DNA from: Candidatus Paceibacter sp.
GTDB taxonomy: Bacteria; Patescibacteriota; Patescibacteriia; DYGC01
Direction: 5' to 3'
Length of the DNA stretch: 64,000 nt
NCBI GenBank assembly: GCA_020724925.1
Contig: DYGC01000001.1
Coordinates: 5,228 to 69,227 of the forward strand
Shown here: positions 48,804-58,708 of the stretch, one piece after another
How positions within the stretch are numbered: position 1 is the stretch's first letter
Layout: every line of letters begins with the position of its first letter
Notes under the pieces: generated by a model
Told to the model about the DNA's origin: nothing
Seen by the model: only the letters and a program-made list of their open reading frames with translations
Databases searched by the model: none
Position numbers and translations under genes: made by a program

Positions 48804-51179
48804 ATGGATTTAAAAAAATTTTGGGATTGCATTAAAAAATCCTATCGCAAATTGAGTTTTTATGAATTGATAACGATGGTGTTTTTTGCGTTTGTGATTT
48901 CCGGCATTATTGTTGGTGATGTTTTGGCGGCAGATAATGTTACGATGAAATATCAGGTGCCAATCGTTGGTGGGCAGAACCCCCAAACTTTGCCGTTGTA
49001 TATCAACGTTGTTTATAAGTGGCTCATGGGGGCGGGCTTGGTTTTGGTGGGTATTATGGTGACAATCGGTGGTTTCATGTATGTTTCTTCCGGTGGTGAT
49101 GCCAAAACCATTGGTACGGGGAAAAAATATATTATCAATGCTTTAATTGGCATGTTGTTGTTATCCAGTGCTTATTTGATTTTAAATACCATCAACCCGG
49201 ATGCGACAGAAATGGAAGATATTGTGGTAAAGCAGGTTGAGGGGGAGGTATTGAAAAATCAAATTGAAGTTCCCTTGGGTTGTGAATGTCATGCTAATAA
49301 AGATTGTGTTAATGCTGCTACCAGTTCTTATTTTTGCGATTGGAGTAGCGGCGGAAGAATGGTATATGATGCTTCCAATAAAAGTTTTATATCACAAAAG
49401 TTAGATCCTTATGCTGAAGCGATTATAGTCGGTACCATTTTAGTGGCGGTTGCTTTTGGCACGGCTGGAACGGGCATTCCCGCTTATTTGGCTTCCAAGG
49501 CTGCGGCTGCCGGAAAAACTGCATTAACTGTGGGAAAAGTGATTGGGAAAGCGGCTTGGGCAACATTCAAATTTACATTCAAGTGGGTGATTTTACCGAC
49601 TAGTTCTTTTGTAGCCGGAGCGGTTATTTCTAATCCGGCCCTTGTTTTTATGGGTTTGATGATGCTTGCCGGGGGTGCAGCCTTTGATTTTAATACGGAA
49701 ATCGTAAAAAAATGTAATCCCCCTAGTGGTGAAGTTAAGGGCGTTTGTTTACCAAATGCTTTTAGGTATGCAAGGTTGAAAACCCATGGGGCGGGGCCAA
49801 CCGATGTTGATTTGGCGGCCGGTACAACGAATAAAAATGGTATGTTTAGTATTTATAATACCGATGGCACTTTGCCGAAGCGTGATTTTTATTTTCGTGA
49901 TCAGGTGACATATTCCATGACTATTAATCAGGAGGGGGGATCATCCTTGTCGGCTGATTCTATTACTCATTTTTATAGAGGTGGTTCCACTGATGGTATT
50001 GTGAACACTGATGGTTGTGCCAGCTATATAAAAAAATATGAAGAAAATTATTGTCCCTGTATTGAATGGGAGGATGGTTTTATGTTTACAAAGTGTAAAA
50101 AACAAGCATCATGTGCAACTATAGAGATGGAGGGTGTAAATATTTATACGGTTGGTGCTGGTGGTACATATTCACAAGGACCAACGTTAAAAAGTACCCA
50201 ACTTTGTTTAACTGGTACGGAAGGGGAAATGTGTAAGACTAATGATGATTGCGGTAAGGGTTTGGAATGTGTCAGTTTAGAAGAGTTGGGAAAGGCTGCA
50301 TATGGTGATGAGTGGCGAAAGTTTGCTATTAAATATAGTACTTTTAGAAAATCAGTAAGAACTTCTCTTACTGATTTAGGGAGTGTCGGTACAATTAAGG
50401 GTGGCTGGGATAGAGACAAAGTTTGTATGTATTCAAAAAATGCGGATAAGGCCAGTTTAACACTTTCTTTGAAAAAAACATTGATGGGGATCGCAGATAT
50501 AGGGGAGTTGGATTGCATGGCTGGGTTAGAAAAATCTGGTGATCATAAAATTCATTGTACTAAGATGGACGTTCCTGTTAATTATTGTGGAATGCTTTCT
50601 TCTGATGTAAAACTTGAAAATTATTTAAAGGCTGGGACAGCGGTAAAAATGTCCGAGGCTTTGTATGACGAAGCCTTAAAATTGTTGGGAAATACAAAAT
50701 TGCAGGTTTATGATAATCTGGATTCATATGTTGGTGCGTCGGCGGGGAATGCGACGGATGTTTTTGATATCAAGTTGGCACGTTGTGATTATTTTTTGCT
50801 TAGCGATAACGATTGTGCTGTTAAGGATGTTTTGGGGCGAGTTGAGCGAATCATTAGGACAACCGACTTGTGTACAAGACAAGCTCTTGATTCATATAAC
50901 CGAAATTATATTAGAAAAAATGCCGATAATTACAAGGACAATTATAGTTTGATGGACCCTGATGAATATTACAAATTTACTTTTGATTATAGTGATTTCA
51001 AGAGTTTTTGTGAAGGTGTTGATGATGAGTGTTCTTGTGATTTGAAGGGTTTGCAAAAAATGTCTTTGATTATACCAGAGGTTGTCAATGGTCCGATTAA
51101 ACATAGCTTTTGTTTAAAAAATACAGATAAATATGGTATTTATAACTATAATTTATTTGTTTTATTGGTTCAGCCGTAA
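48804..51179 (+). CDS. VirB2/TrbC-like pilin domain fused to hydrophobic hairpin and Cys-rich extracellular region
   Basis: GGFMYVSSGGD-GKKYIINALIGMLLLSSAYLILNTINP pilin motif; many Cys; lies between porA and porB. Confidence 0.75.
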   Translation: MDLKKFWDCIKKSYRKLSFYELITMVFFAFVISGIIVGDVLAADNVTMKYQVPIVGGQNPQTLPLYINVVYKWLMGAGLVLVGIMVTIGGFMYVSSGGDAKTIGTGKKYIINALIGMLLLSSAYLILNTINPDATEMEDIVVKQVEGEVLKNQIEVPLGCECHANKDCVNAATSSYFCDWSSGGRMVYDASNKSFISQKLDPYAEAIIVGTILVAVAFGTAGTGIPAYLASKAAAAGKTALTVGKVIGKAAWATFKFTFKWVILPTSSFVAGAVISNPALVFMGLMMLAGGAAFDFNTEIVKKCNPPSGEVKGVCLPNAFRYARLKTHGAGPTDVDLAAGTTNKNGMFSIYNTDGTLPKRDFYFRDQVTYSMTINQEGGSSLSADSITHFYRGGSTDGIVNTDGCASYIKKYEENYCPCIEWEDGFMFTKCKKQASCATIEMEGVNIYTVGAGGTYSQGPTLKSTQLCLTGTEGEMCKTNDDCGKGLECVSLEELGKAAYGDEWRKFAIKYSTFRKSVRTSLTDLGSVGTIKGGWDRDKVCMYSKNADKASLTLSLKKTLMGIADIGELDCMAGLEKSGDHKIHCTKMDVPVNYCGMLSSDVKLENYLKAGTAVKMSEALYDEALKLLGNTKLQVYDNLDSYVGASAGNATDVFDIKLARCDYFLLSDNDCAVKDVLGRVERIIRTTDLCTRQALDSYNRNYIRKNADNYKDNYSLMDPDEYYKFTFDYSDFKSFCEGVDDECSCDLKGLQKMSLIIPEVVNGPIKHSFCLKNTDKYGIYNYNLFVLLVQP

Positions 51180-51197
51180 TTTATTATTTATATTTTT

Positions 51198-52073
51198 ATG
51201 ACCAAACAATATCAAGCTCTCTCCCCCGGTCACACCGCGTGCGCCGGCTGCGGCGAACTTCTGGCAATGCGCCACGCTTTGCAAGCGGCCGGACCGGACG
51301 TAATCGTGACCGGAGCCACCGGTTGTAGTGAAGTCACCACTTCCGGTTACCCGGATAGTTCTTTCGGAATGCCGTGGATTCATTCTTTGTTTGAAAATTC
51401 ATCATCGGTTGCATCGGGGATCGCGGCGGCCCTGCGATACCAGAAAAAACAAGACAAAATCAAAGTGATTGCCACCGGCGGTGATGGCGCGACTTTTGAT
51501 ATTGGTTTTGGAGCACTTTCGGCAATGTGGAGTCGTGGTGATGATATTTTGTATATTTGTTATGACAATGAGGCTTATATGAATACCGGTGTGCAAGCTA
51601 GTGGCGCCACTTTGCCGGGAACATCTACGACCACCAGTCCGAGTGGGGCGGTGGAGCAGGGAAATATGATGCCGAAAAAAGATATGCCGGCGATTGCCAT
51701 GGCACACGGTTGTGTTTATGTTGCCACCGCCTCTCCCGGCTACCCGATTGATATTCAAAACAAAGTAAAAAAAGCTTTGACCATGAAGGGACCGAAATAT
51801 ATTCAGTTATTATCGCCGTGTGTGCCAGGCTGGGGTTTTTCTACTGATCAAGCAGTGAAATTAGGAAAACTCGCTCATCAAACCGGTTTGTATCCAATTT
51901 TTGAAGCTGTTAATGGACAAATCACCAGTGCGATGAAAGTCCCCAAACCCACGCCCTCGGTAAGCGCTTATTTGGAATTGCAAAAACGATTTAAACATGT
52001 TTTGAAAAACCCACAATTATTGGCGACGATTCAAGCAATCGCCGATGCCAATATTGTGAAATATGGGTTGTAG
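51198..52073 (+). CDS. porB: Pyruvate/2-oxoacid:ferredoxin oxidoreductase beta subunit
   Basis: GHTACAGC, GGDG...YDNEAYMNTG (TPP), SPCVPGW. Confidence 0.96.
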   Translation: MTKQYQALSPGHTACAGCGELLAMRHALQAAGPDVIVTGATGCSEVTTSGYPDSSFGMPWIHSLFENSSSVASGIAAALRYQKKQDKIKVIATGGDGATFDIGFGALSAMWSRGDDILYICYDNEAYMNTGVQASGATLPGTSTTTSPSGAVEQGNMMPKKDMPAIAMAHGCVYVATASPGYPIDIQNKVKKALTMKGPKYIQLLSPCVPGWGFSTDQAVKLGKLAHQTGLYPIFEAVNGQITSAMKVPKPTPSVSAYLELQKRFKHVLKNPQLLATIQAIADANIVKYGL

Positions 52074-52174
52074 AATGGCATCCTGGGCACTTCAGTAGTC
52101 ATTCAGGGGCGGGTCTTTGTAAGAACCAGCTTGCCCCGGCACGTGAATTAGTAAAATCTATAAATAACAGCCGG

Positions 52175-52225
52175 GGGAATCTCGTGGTAGCAAACAACTA
52201 GCTTCGCCCACGAGATCCCGTTTTT
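52175..52225 (+). terminator. Probable por operon terminator
   Basis: GGGAATCTCGTGG/CCACGAGATCCC stem followed by TTTTT. Confidence 0.55.
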
Positions 52226-52404
52226 AAGTCATCCTGAACTTGTTTCAGGATCTCTCCAATAGACTCTTCATTCCTTAAACGACGGAGGAAATAATAAGGA
52301 TTAATTAAGGGATCCTGAAACAAGTTCAGGATGACTTAAACTCCGTGCTTGAAACAAGTTCAGGATGACTTAAACTCTGTGCTTGAAACAAGTTCAGGAT
52401 GACT
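52223..52404. repeat. REP-like inverted repeat plus 34-bp tandem repeat
   Basis: Perfect 30-bp IR 52223-52252/52311-52340; unit TGAAACAAGTTCAGGATGACTTAAACTCYGTGCT starting at 52316, 52350 and 52384 (last one partial). Confidence 0.9.
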
Positions 52405-52451
52405 AGTCCCCATACTCCTGCCCCAATCCCAGGATGACAATCCTCGCTTTT

Positions 52452-53924
52452 TTACGGTAATCTCTTCACGAAATCCACAAGCTCCGCTACCGCTTTGTCC
52501 ATTTTTCCACTTTTATTTTCAATCACCAAGTCATAATACTGACTGAAACTTTTTTCTTCACTGGCGTTGGCTAAACGAATTTTAATATCTTCTTCGGTGT
52601 TACTACCACGTCCACGTAAGCGTTTTTCCAAATCTTTGAGCGGGGCATCAATGAAAATCAACCAGGCTTCTGGGTATTGATCACGGATTTGCAAAGCTCC
52701 CTGAATATCGATATTTAAAACAATATTTTTATTTTTGATAGTGTTTTCCAAAACATCACGCGCGGTGCCATAATAATTTTCATGGACCAACGCCCATTCA
52801 ATCACTTTATTTTCTCTAATCAGTTGTTCAAATTCTTCTTTGCTGACATTGAGAATTTTTTTATCTTCAGGAATTTCTCGGGGGGCACGGGTGGTGTAGG
52901 TAGCGCCAGTTTGTAATTGTAACTCTCCGTGTTTTTTTAAAACATCAATGATGATAGTACTTTTCCCAGCACCGGAAGCACCGGAAACAATTAAAATATT
53001 TTTGTTGGGATTGACTTCATTTAAAAACATTTTCAATTCAAATGGTAATTTGCTGTAGAATTTTTGTGGTTCTCCGTTTAAATCAGTAAATTCCAGTTCT
53101 TGTGCATGTAAAAAAATTCTTCCTAAATTAATACTGCGATATTTTTTCTGTTTGTAGAGCGGGTCACCGACAATCGCGTGGCCGAAGGCGTGAAAATGAG
53201 CACGAATTTGGTGAGTGCGTCCGCTTTTTAGATTGATTTTTAATAAGGAGAAGTGTTTGTAAGGTTTGATTAATTCGTATTCGGTAATTGATTCCTTGCC
53301 ACTTTCGGCATTGCTTGGTTTGGCAACCATGCGTTTTTTGTCAGAGCTTCGTTCCAGTTTGAAATTAATAACCCCGCTTTCTTTGTTTGGTTTACCAAAA
53401 GCTAGAGCAATATAATGTTTTTTGATGCTACGATTTTGAAATTGTTGCTTGAGATGTTCAAACATTTTTTTTGTCCGAGCGATTACTAATAAACCGGAGA
53501 CCATTTTGTCCAGACGATGTACGATGCCAGGGCGTAGCGGATCATCACCGATTCCTTCTAAATTTGGATATTTTTCCAATAATTGTTGAATGGCACTGCT
53601 TTGTTGAAGGTTTTTGCTACCATGGGTGGCTAATCCAGCTGGTTTATCAATAACAATAAAATTACGATCGACTTTAAGAATTCTAATCTGCGGAGCATTG
53701 CTTTTGTCGTCTTCTTGTTGGTTTTTTGTATCAAAAACACAAGCAATCTCATCGTTGTTGTCCAGCCAGTGGTGTGGGGTGTTGATGACTTGTCCATTGA
53801 TACTAATTTGGCCATTTTTAATCCAATTTTGGATTTGATTTCGTGAATATTTTTTGAGCTTACTGACCAGAAATTTATCTAAACGCTCATCGCCACTTTC
53901 TTCGAAAATAAAAGTTTTTTTCAT
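52452..53924 (-). CDS. RluA/RluD-family pseudouridine synthase fused to guanylate kinase
   Basis: S4 domain, KPAGL, HRLDK, GRTHQIR, FLHA; then SGASGAGKST, TTRAPR, YYGT, DIQGA. Confidence 0.92.
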   Translation of the reverse strand: MKKTFIFEESGDERLDKFLVSKLKKYSRNQIQNWIKNGQISINGQVINTPHHWLDNNDEIACVFDTKNQQEDDKSNAPQIRILKVDRNFIVIDKPAGLATHGSKNLQQSSAIQQLLEKYPNLEGIGDDPLRPGIVHRLDKMVSGLLVIARTKKMFEHLKQQFQNRSIKKHYIALAFGKPNKESGVINFKLERSSDKKRMVAKPSNAESGKESITEYELIKPYKHFSLLKINLKSGRTHQIRAHFHAFGHAIVGDPLYKQKKYRSINLGRIFLHAQELEFTDLNGEPQKFYSKLPFELKMFLNEVNPNKNILIVSGASGAGKSTIIIDVLKKHGELQLQTGATYTTRAPREIPEDKKILNVSKEEFEQLIRENKVIEWALVHENYYGTARDVLENTIKNKNIVLNIDIQGALQIRDQYPEAWLIFIDAPLKDLEKRLRGRGSNTEEDIKIRLANASEEKSFSQYYDLVIENKSGKMDKAVAELVDFVKRLP

Positions 53925-54025
53925 ATCATTATTATAAGGGTTATTTACTTTATTAAATCACATCTTGATATATTGGGCAAATCATAATATTATAGAAATA
54001 GACTTTTAATTTTAAGAAAAAAAAG

Positions 54026-55756
54026 ATGAAAAGCAAGATTTTTAGTTTCCTGCTGTTGTTGTCAGGGATTTTTGTTTTCAGTGCTTGTACTAATGGCGAT
54101 GAGAGTAAATATACTTTCGTGGAAGTGGCTTTTGGTAATTTGGATCAGGTCGTTTCGGCGACCGGTTTTTTACAACCGCAAGAGCGTGTCAATTTGTCTT
54201 TGGAGGCAGGTGGTAAAATCGTGGAGGTGGCGGTGGAGGTTGGTGATACTGTCAAAAAAGGGGATTTGTTAGTTGCTTTAAATGCTCGGGATGTTTCCGC
54301 ACAATTGGCTCAAGCCAGTGCCGGCATCAGTAGCGCACAAGCACAATTGCAACAGGCACAGGCTAGTTTAAATATGCAAGAGGCGTTGTTGGCTGACTTA
54401 AAGGATGGTAATAGCACTGAGAATATTGCGGTCGCTGAAACCGCTTTGGCCAATGCCGAGAAATCTTTGAATGATTTGGAATTGGAATTGAGTAATACAG
54501 AAAGCTTAAATGACAATTCTTTGGCGGTTGTTTATGATGGGGCGATCAGTTCTTTGGAAAAATCATTAACCATTGCTCGTGAATCGTTGTATACTTTTAC
54601 TGATATTCAATATGATTATTTTTCTAGTGGTTCAACAATTGAGGCAATTGCGGTGACTGACGCTAAAACAGTAGCGGTTAATTCGTTATTGGGAGTTAAT
54701 AATGCCGGTCGTTGGGTAAATCAATTTTTACATACATATTGTGAGGGAACTTGTGCTTTGATTAACAGTTTGCGGGTCAGTAAAAATTACGATGATGTTG
54801 ATTTGGCTTTAGAAAAAATGTTGATTGCTTTGCGTGATTTGAAAAATGCCTATTTGTTAGTTCCGATGGATGGAACATTAAATTCTGTTGATCAGGCAAC
54901 GGTAACTGCGGAAAAAACTACTTTGGATTTGGAAATCACCACTTTGTCTGCGAAACAACAGGCGGTGGCTTTGCAGAAAACCAGTAATGCCAACGCGCTT
55001 AATTCGGTGCAATCTCGTTACAATAGCGCCGGTAACGCTGTGCAAAGTGCCATTGCCAATTTGAATTTGGCTAAGGCGGGCGCGAGCGAAGGGCAAATCT
55101 TGGCACAGGAAGCGGCCGTGGAACAGGCACGGGCAGTGGTCAATATGCAAGAGGCGATGCTTGAGCAAGCACGAGCATCTTATAACATTGTGGCTGTTAA
55201 TTTGGAAAAATATCAATTGAATGCCGTATTTGATGGTATTGTTACGGAGCGTTTTGCTAAGGTGGGTGAGAGTGTGGCCCCACAGCAAACTTTATTAACT
55301 TTAATGAGCACTAATCAATTTGAGTTACAGGCCAGTATTCGTGAAACGGATATTGATAAAATAAAAGTTGCTAATACCGTGAAGGTCAGTTTTGATGCCT
55401 TGCCCAATGAGGAATTTGTTGGCGATTTAATTTTTATTGATCCGGCGGAAAGTATTCAGCAGGGGGTTATTTATTATGATGTTAAAGTTATTTTGAAGGA
55501 TGAAAATAATAACATTGATCGTTTGAAATCCGGCATGACCGCTGATTTGGATATTGTGACTGCCACTAAAGAACAAGTGATGTATTTGCCGATGGGGGTG
55601 GTGTCTTATCGTGGGGGGAGAGCCTACGTGAAAGTTTTAGAAGAGAATGAAGTTAAAGAAATTGAAATCGAAACCGGCATCCAGAGTGGTCGTTACGTTG
55701 AAGTAATTAATACTTTAAAGCCGGGCGATAAAGTGATTAGTGCCATTATAGATTAA
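54026..55756 (+). CDS. Periplasmic adaptor (MacA/HlyD-like) lipoprotein with long coiled coil
   Basis: FSAC lipobox; split lipoyl motif GKIVEVAVEVGDTVKKGDLL / AVFDGIV; LKSGMTA. Confidence 0.9.
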   Translation: MKSKIFSFLLLLSGIFVFSACTNGDESKYTFVEVAFGNLDQVVSATGFLQPQERVNLSLEAGGKIVEVAVEVGDTVKKGDLLVALNARDVSAQLAQASAGISSAQAQLQQAQASLNMQEALLADLKDGNSTENIAVAETALANAEKSLNDLELELSNTESLNDNSLAVVYDGAISSLEKSLTIARESLYTFTDIQYDYFSSGSTIEAIAVTDAKTVAVNSLLGVNNAGRWVNQFLHTYCEGTCALINSLRVSKNYDDVDLALEKMLIALRDLKNAYLLVPMDGTLNSVDQATVTAEKTTLDLEITTLSAKQQAVALQKTSNANALNSVQSRYNSAGNAVQSAIANLNLAKAGASEGQILAQEAAVEQARAVVNMQEAMLEQARASYNIVAVNLEKYQLNAVFDGIVTERFAKVGESVAPQQTLLTLMSTNQFELQASIRETDIDKIKVANTVKVSFDALPNEEFVGDLIFIDPAESIQQGVIYYDVKVILKDENNNIDRLKSGMTADLDIVTATKEQVMYLPMGVVSYRGGRAYVKVLEENEVKEIEIETGIQSGRYVEVINTLKPGDKVISAIID

Positions 55757-55764
55757 GTTTTTTT

Positions 55765-57069
55765 ATGTTTAAAACGATAAAAAATTGGAGAATCTCTTGG
55801 TTTTTGGCGTCGCGTTCGATTTTGCGTGGAAGCAAGGGGACTTTGGCTTTGACCATTTTGGTCATGGCTTTATCTTTTATTAATATTATTTTCATGGCGT
55901 CCTTGATTTTTTCTATGATGACCACCATGGAACAATCTTTTCGTCAGCAAGCTTTGGGCGACATTGTTATTACACCGGAAGATGCGACAGAGATTTCTTT
56001 TCAAGATCAAGATGCCAGTAGTATTGGGTTGACTGAAAAAAAACAAGACTATAATCCAAAGTATATTTATGATCGTGATTCGGTTCAGGAAAAACTTTTA
56101 AGTATCCCCGGTGTTTTGGCAACGACCGCACACTATGTTGCCAATGCTAATTTTGTTTATGATCCAGAAAATGATGGAGAAAATGAAGAAAAGGGGGCGT
56201 GGTCGGTTAAGTCAATTAATCCGGAAAAAGAGATGACGGTTACGGGTATTCATAATAAAATGGTTTCCGGTAAATATTTAGAGGCTAATGATCGTGATTA
56301 TATTATGGTTGGTCGTGACATCAGTGGTGGATTCGGTAGCCCTTATGTGGAAGAATCTTTGGGTGGCATTCAGGTTGGTGATAAAGTGAAACTGATTTTT
56401 GGCAATGGCGTACAACGTGAATATACCATTAAAGGAATTTTTGCCACTAAAAATATGTTAGCTGATATGACAGCTTTTTTATCTGAAAAGGAAATGGAAT
56501 CTATTTTGGGGGCAAAAAATATGGCTTCGGAGATTTTAGTGAGAGTGGAAAATCCCGGACAAGAAAGACTTTACATTGAAAAGATAGAAGGTTTGGGAAT
56601 TTCTGATTTGAAAATGAAATCATGGCAGGATTTTTTGGCGTCATCGGCATCGTTTACAGATAGTTTTATGGTAATTAATTTGATTTTGTCGGGGATTGGT
56701 TTGATCGTGGCCGGAGCGATTATTTTTATTGTTATTTACATCAATGTGGTTAACAAGAGAAAACAAATCGCCATTTTAAAAGCAATTGGTATGGAAGCAA
56801 AAATCATTGTTAATTCTTATGTGTTGCAATCAATGTTTTACGCGGTGATTGGTATCAGTTTGGGCTTGTTATTTATTTATGGTTTTGTGATTCCATATTT
56901 TCTTGCTAACCCTATGAATTTGCCAACCGGTGATACTTCTATTACTGCCAATCCCGATACTTTGGTGACGGCGGCGATTAGTTTGATTTCAGTGGCAATT
57001 TTGGCCGGCTTTTTCCCGGCATGGATGGTTAGTCGGGGGCAAATTTTGGACGCGATGCGTGGCGAATAA
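55765..57069 (+). CDS. MacB/FtsX-type ABC permease
   Basis: KRKQIAILKAIG, GFFPAW; 1+3 TM topology. Confidence 0.9.
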   Translation: MFKTIKNWRISWFLASRSILRGSKGTLALTILVMALSFINIIFMASLIFSMMTTMEQSFRQQALGDIVITPEDATEISFQDQDASSIGLTEKKQDYNPKYIYDRDSVQEKLLSIPGVLATTAHYVANANFVYDPENDGENEEKGAWSVKSINPEKEMTVTGIHNKMVSGKYLEANDRDYIMVGRDISGGFGSPYVEESLGGIQVGDKVKLIFGNGVQREYTIKGIFATKNMLADMTAFLSEKEMESILGAKNMASEILVRVENPGQERLYIEKIEGLGISDLKMKSWQDFLASSASFTDSFMVINLILSGIGLIVAGAIIFIVIYINVVNKRKQIAILKAIGMEAKIIVNSYVLQSMFYAVIGISLGLLFIYGFVIPYFLANPMNLPTGDTSITANPDTLVTAAISLISVAILAGFFPAWMVSRGQILDAMRGE

Positions 57070-57084
57070 TAATTTAAAAATTTT

Positions 57085-57789
57085 ATGTCTTTAATGATTG
57101 AAGGTAAAAATATTAAGAAAACTTTTCCTGGAGCGGTGCCGGTGCATGCTTTGAAGGGCATTGATATTGCTATCAAGACCGGAGAGTTCGTGGCAATTAT
57201 GGGGCGCAGTGGTTCGGGAAAATCAACTTTGTTGCATCAATTGAGTTTGTTGGATGTGCCAACAGCCGGTGAAATTATTGTTGATAATCAAGATATTTTA
57301 AAATTATCTGAACGACAAAAAACTTTGTTTCGTTTGACGCATTTTGGTTATGTTTTTCAAACTTACGCTTTGTTGCCAGAGTTTACTGCTTTGGAAACGG
57401 TTTCTATTCCGTTGATGATGGCCGGTGTTTCGCATGGTGATTATACGAAAAAAGCCAAAGAAATTTTGGAATTGGTTGGACTGGGGCACCGTTTAAATCA
57501 TCGGCCGTTTGAACTATCCGGTGGAGAACAGCAACGCGTGGCGATTGCTCGTGCTTTGGTACATAATCCTAAAATTGTTTTTGCCGATGAACCCTGTGCC
57601 AACTTGGATGTCGGGGCTTCTACTTTGATTATGCAATTATTTGCTAAATTAAATAAGGATTTGGGACAAACGATTGTTTTGGTAACGCATGAACCTGATG
57701 ATGAAAAATATGTTGACCGAGTTATTACTTTAGATGATGGTTTGATTAAAAAGGGCGATGGTGTTCAATTGGGAAAAACGTTGGAGTAA
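57085..57789 (+). CDS. LolD/MacB-type ABC ATPase
   Basis: GRSGSGKST, LSGGEQQRVAIARAL, ADEP, VTH. Confidence 0.95.
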   Translation: MSLMIEGKNIKKTFPGAVPVHALKGIDIAIKTGEFVAIMGRSGSGKSTLLHQLSLLDVPTAGEIIVDNQDILKLSERQKTLFRLTHFGYVFQTYALLPEFTALETVSIPLMMAGVSHGDYTKKAKEILELVGLGHRLNHRPFELSGGEQQRVAIARALVHNPKIVFADEPCANLDVGASTLIMQLFAKLNKDLGQTIVLVTHEPDDEKYVDRVITLDDGLIKKGDGVQLGKTLE

Positions 57790-57825
57790 TTTCTTGTAAA
57801 AATAATTATTTTTATTGGTGATTAT

Positions 57826-58698
57826 ATGTCTAAAAAAATTCGTAAAGTGATTATTCCGGTGGCTGGTTGGGGAACAAGATTTTTGCCGGCTACTAAAGCA
57901 CAACCTAAAGAAATGTTGCCGATTGTTGATACGCCGATTATTCAGCATGTCGTAGAGCAGGCTGTGGAATCTGGTATTGAGGAAATTATTTTGGTGACCG
58001 GTGCTTCTAAGCGTGCCGTGGAAGATCATTTTGATTATAATTATGCTTTGGAACAGCATTTGGAAAAGCAAAATAAGCCGGAATTATTAGCGGAAACGCG
58101 TCGCATCGCTGAGATGGCGACTTTTGTTTATGTTCGCCAGAAAGGTCCGTATGGTAATGGTACACCGGTTTTGACCGCCCGTGATTTAATTGGCGATGAG
58201 CCGTTCGCGGTGATGTGGGGCGATGAATTTTTTCATTCTGATTATAAACCGCATTTGCGTCAGCTGATTGATGTTTATGAAAAATATGAACAACCCGTTT
58301 TAACCGCCTATGAAGTGACTTCACGTGATGTGGAAAAATATGGTATAATAGATGCGAGCCTGATTGAAGACGGAATTTTTCAAGTTAAAAGAATTGTGGA
58401 GAAGCCTAAAAAAGAAGAAGCTCCTTCCAATTTAGCGTCTTTGGGGGGTTACATTTTAACCCCGGATATTTTTGACATTTTAGCTAATTTGCCTTTGGGC
58501 AAGGGAGGGGAGTTGTGGTTGACTGACGCGATTGCCAAGCTCTTGGAAAAACGACCGATTTACGCTTGTTTGGTGAATGGTACTTATTATGATACCGGTT
58601 CTAAATTGGGGTATTTACAGGCAAACGTTGATACTGCTTTGCGCCGCGATGATTTGCGAGATGATTTTTTGGAATATTTAAAAACAAAGATTAAATAA
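57826..58698 (+). CDS. galU: UTP-glucose-1-phosphate uridylyltransferase
   Basis: PVAGWGTRFLPATKAQPKEMLP, VEKP, GELWLTDAI. Confidence 0.95.
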   Translation: MSKKIRKVIIPVAGWGTRFLPATKAQPKEMLPIVDTPIIQHVVEQAVESGIEEIILVTGASKRAVEDHFDYNYALEQHLEKQNKPELLAETRRIAEMATFVYVRQKGPYGNGTPVLTARDLIGDEPFAVMWGDEFFHSDYKPHLRQLIDVYEKYEQPVLTAYEVTSRDVEKYGIIDASLIEDGIFQVKRIVEKPKKEEAPSNLASLGGYILTPDIFDILANLPLGKGGELWLTDAIAKLLEKRPIYACLVNGTYYDTGSKLGYLQANVDTALRRDDLRDDFLEYLKTKIK

Positions 58699-58708
58699 AA
58701 AATATTTT

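Noticed and set aside
52316-52404. CRISPR array
   Set aside because: Intervening segments are near-identical and ~12 nt, so it is a tandem repeat; no cas genes present
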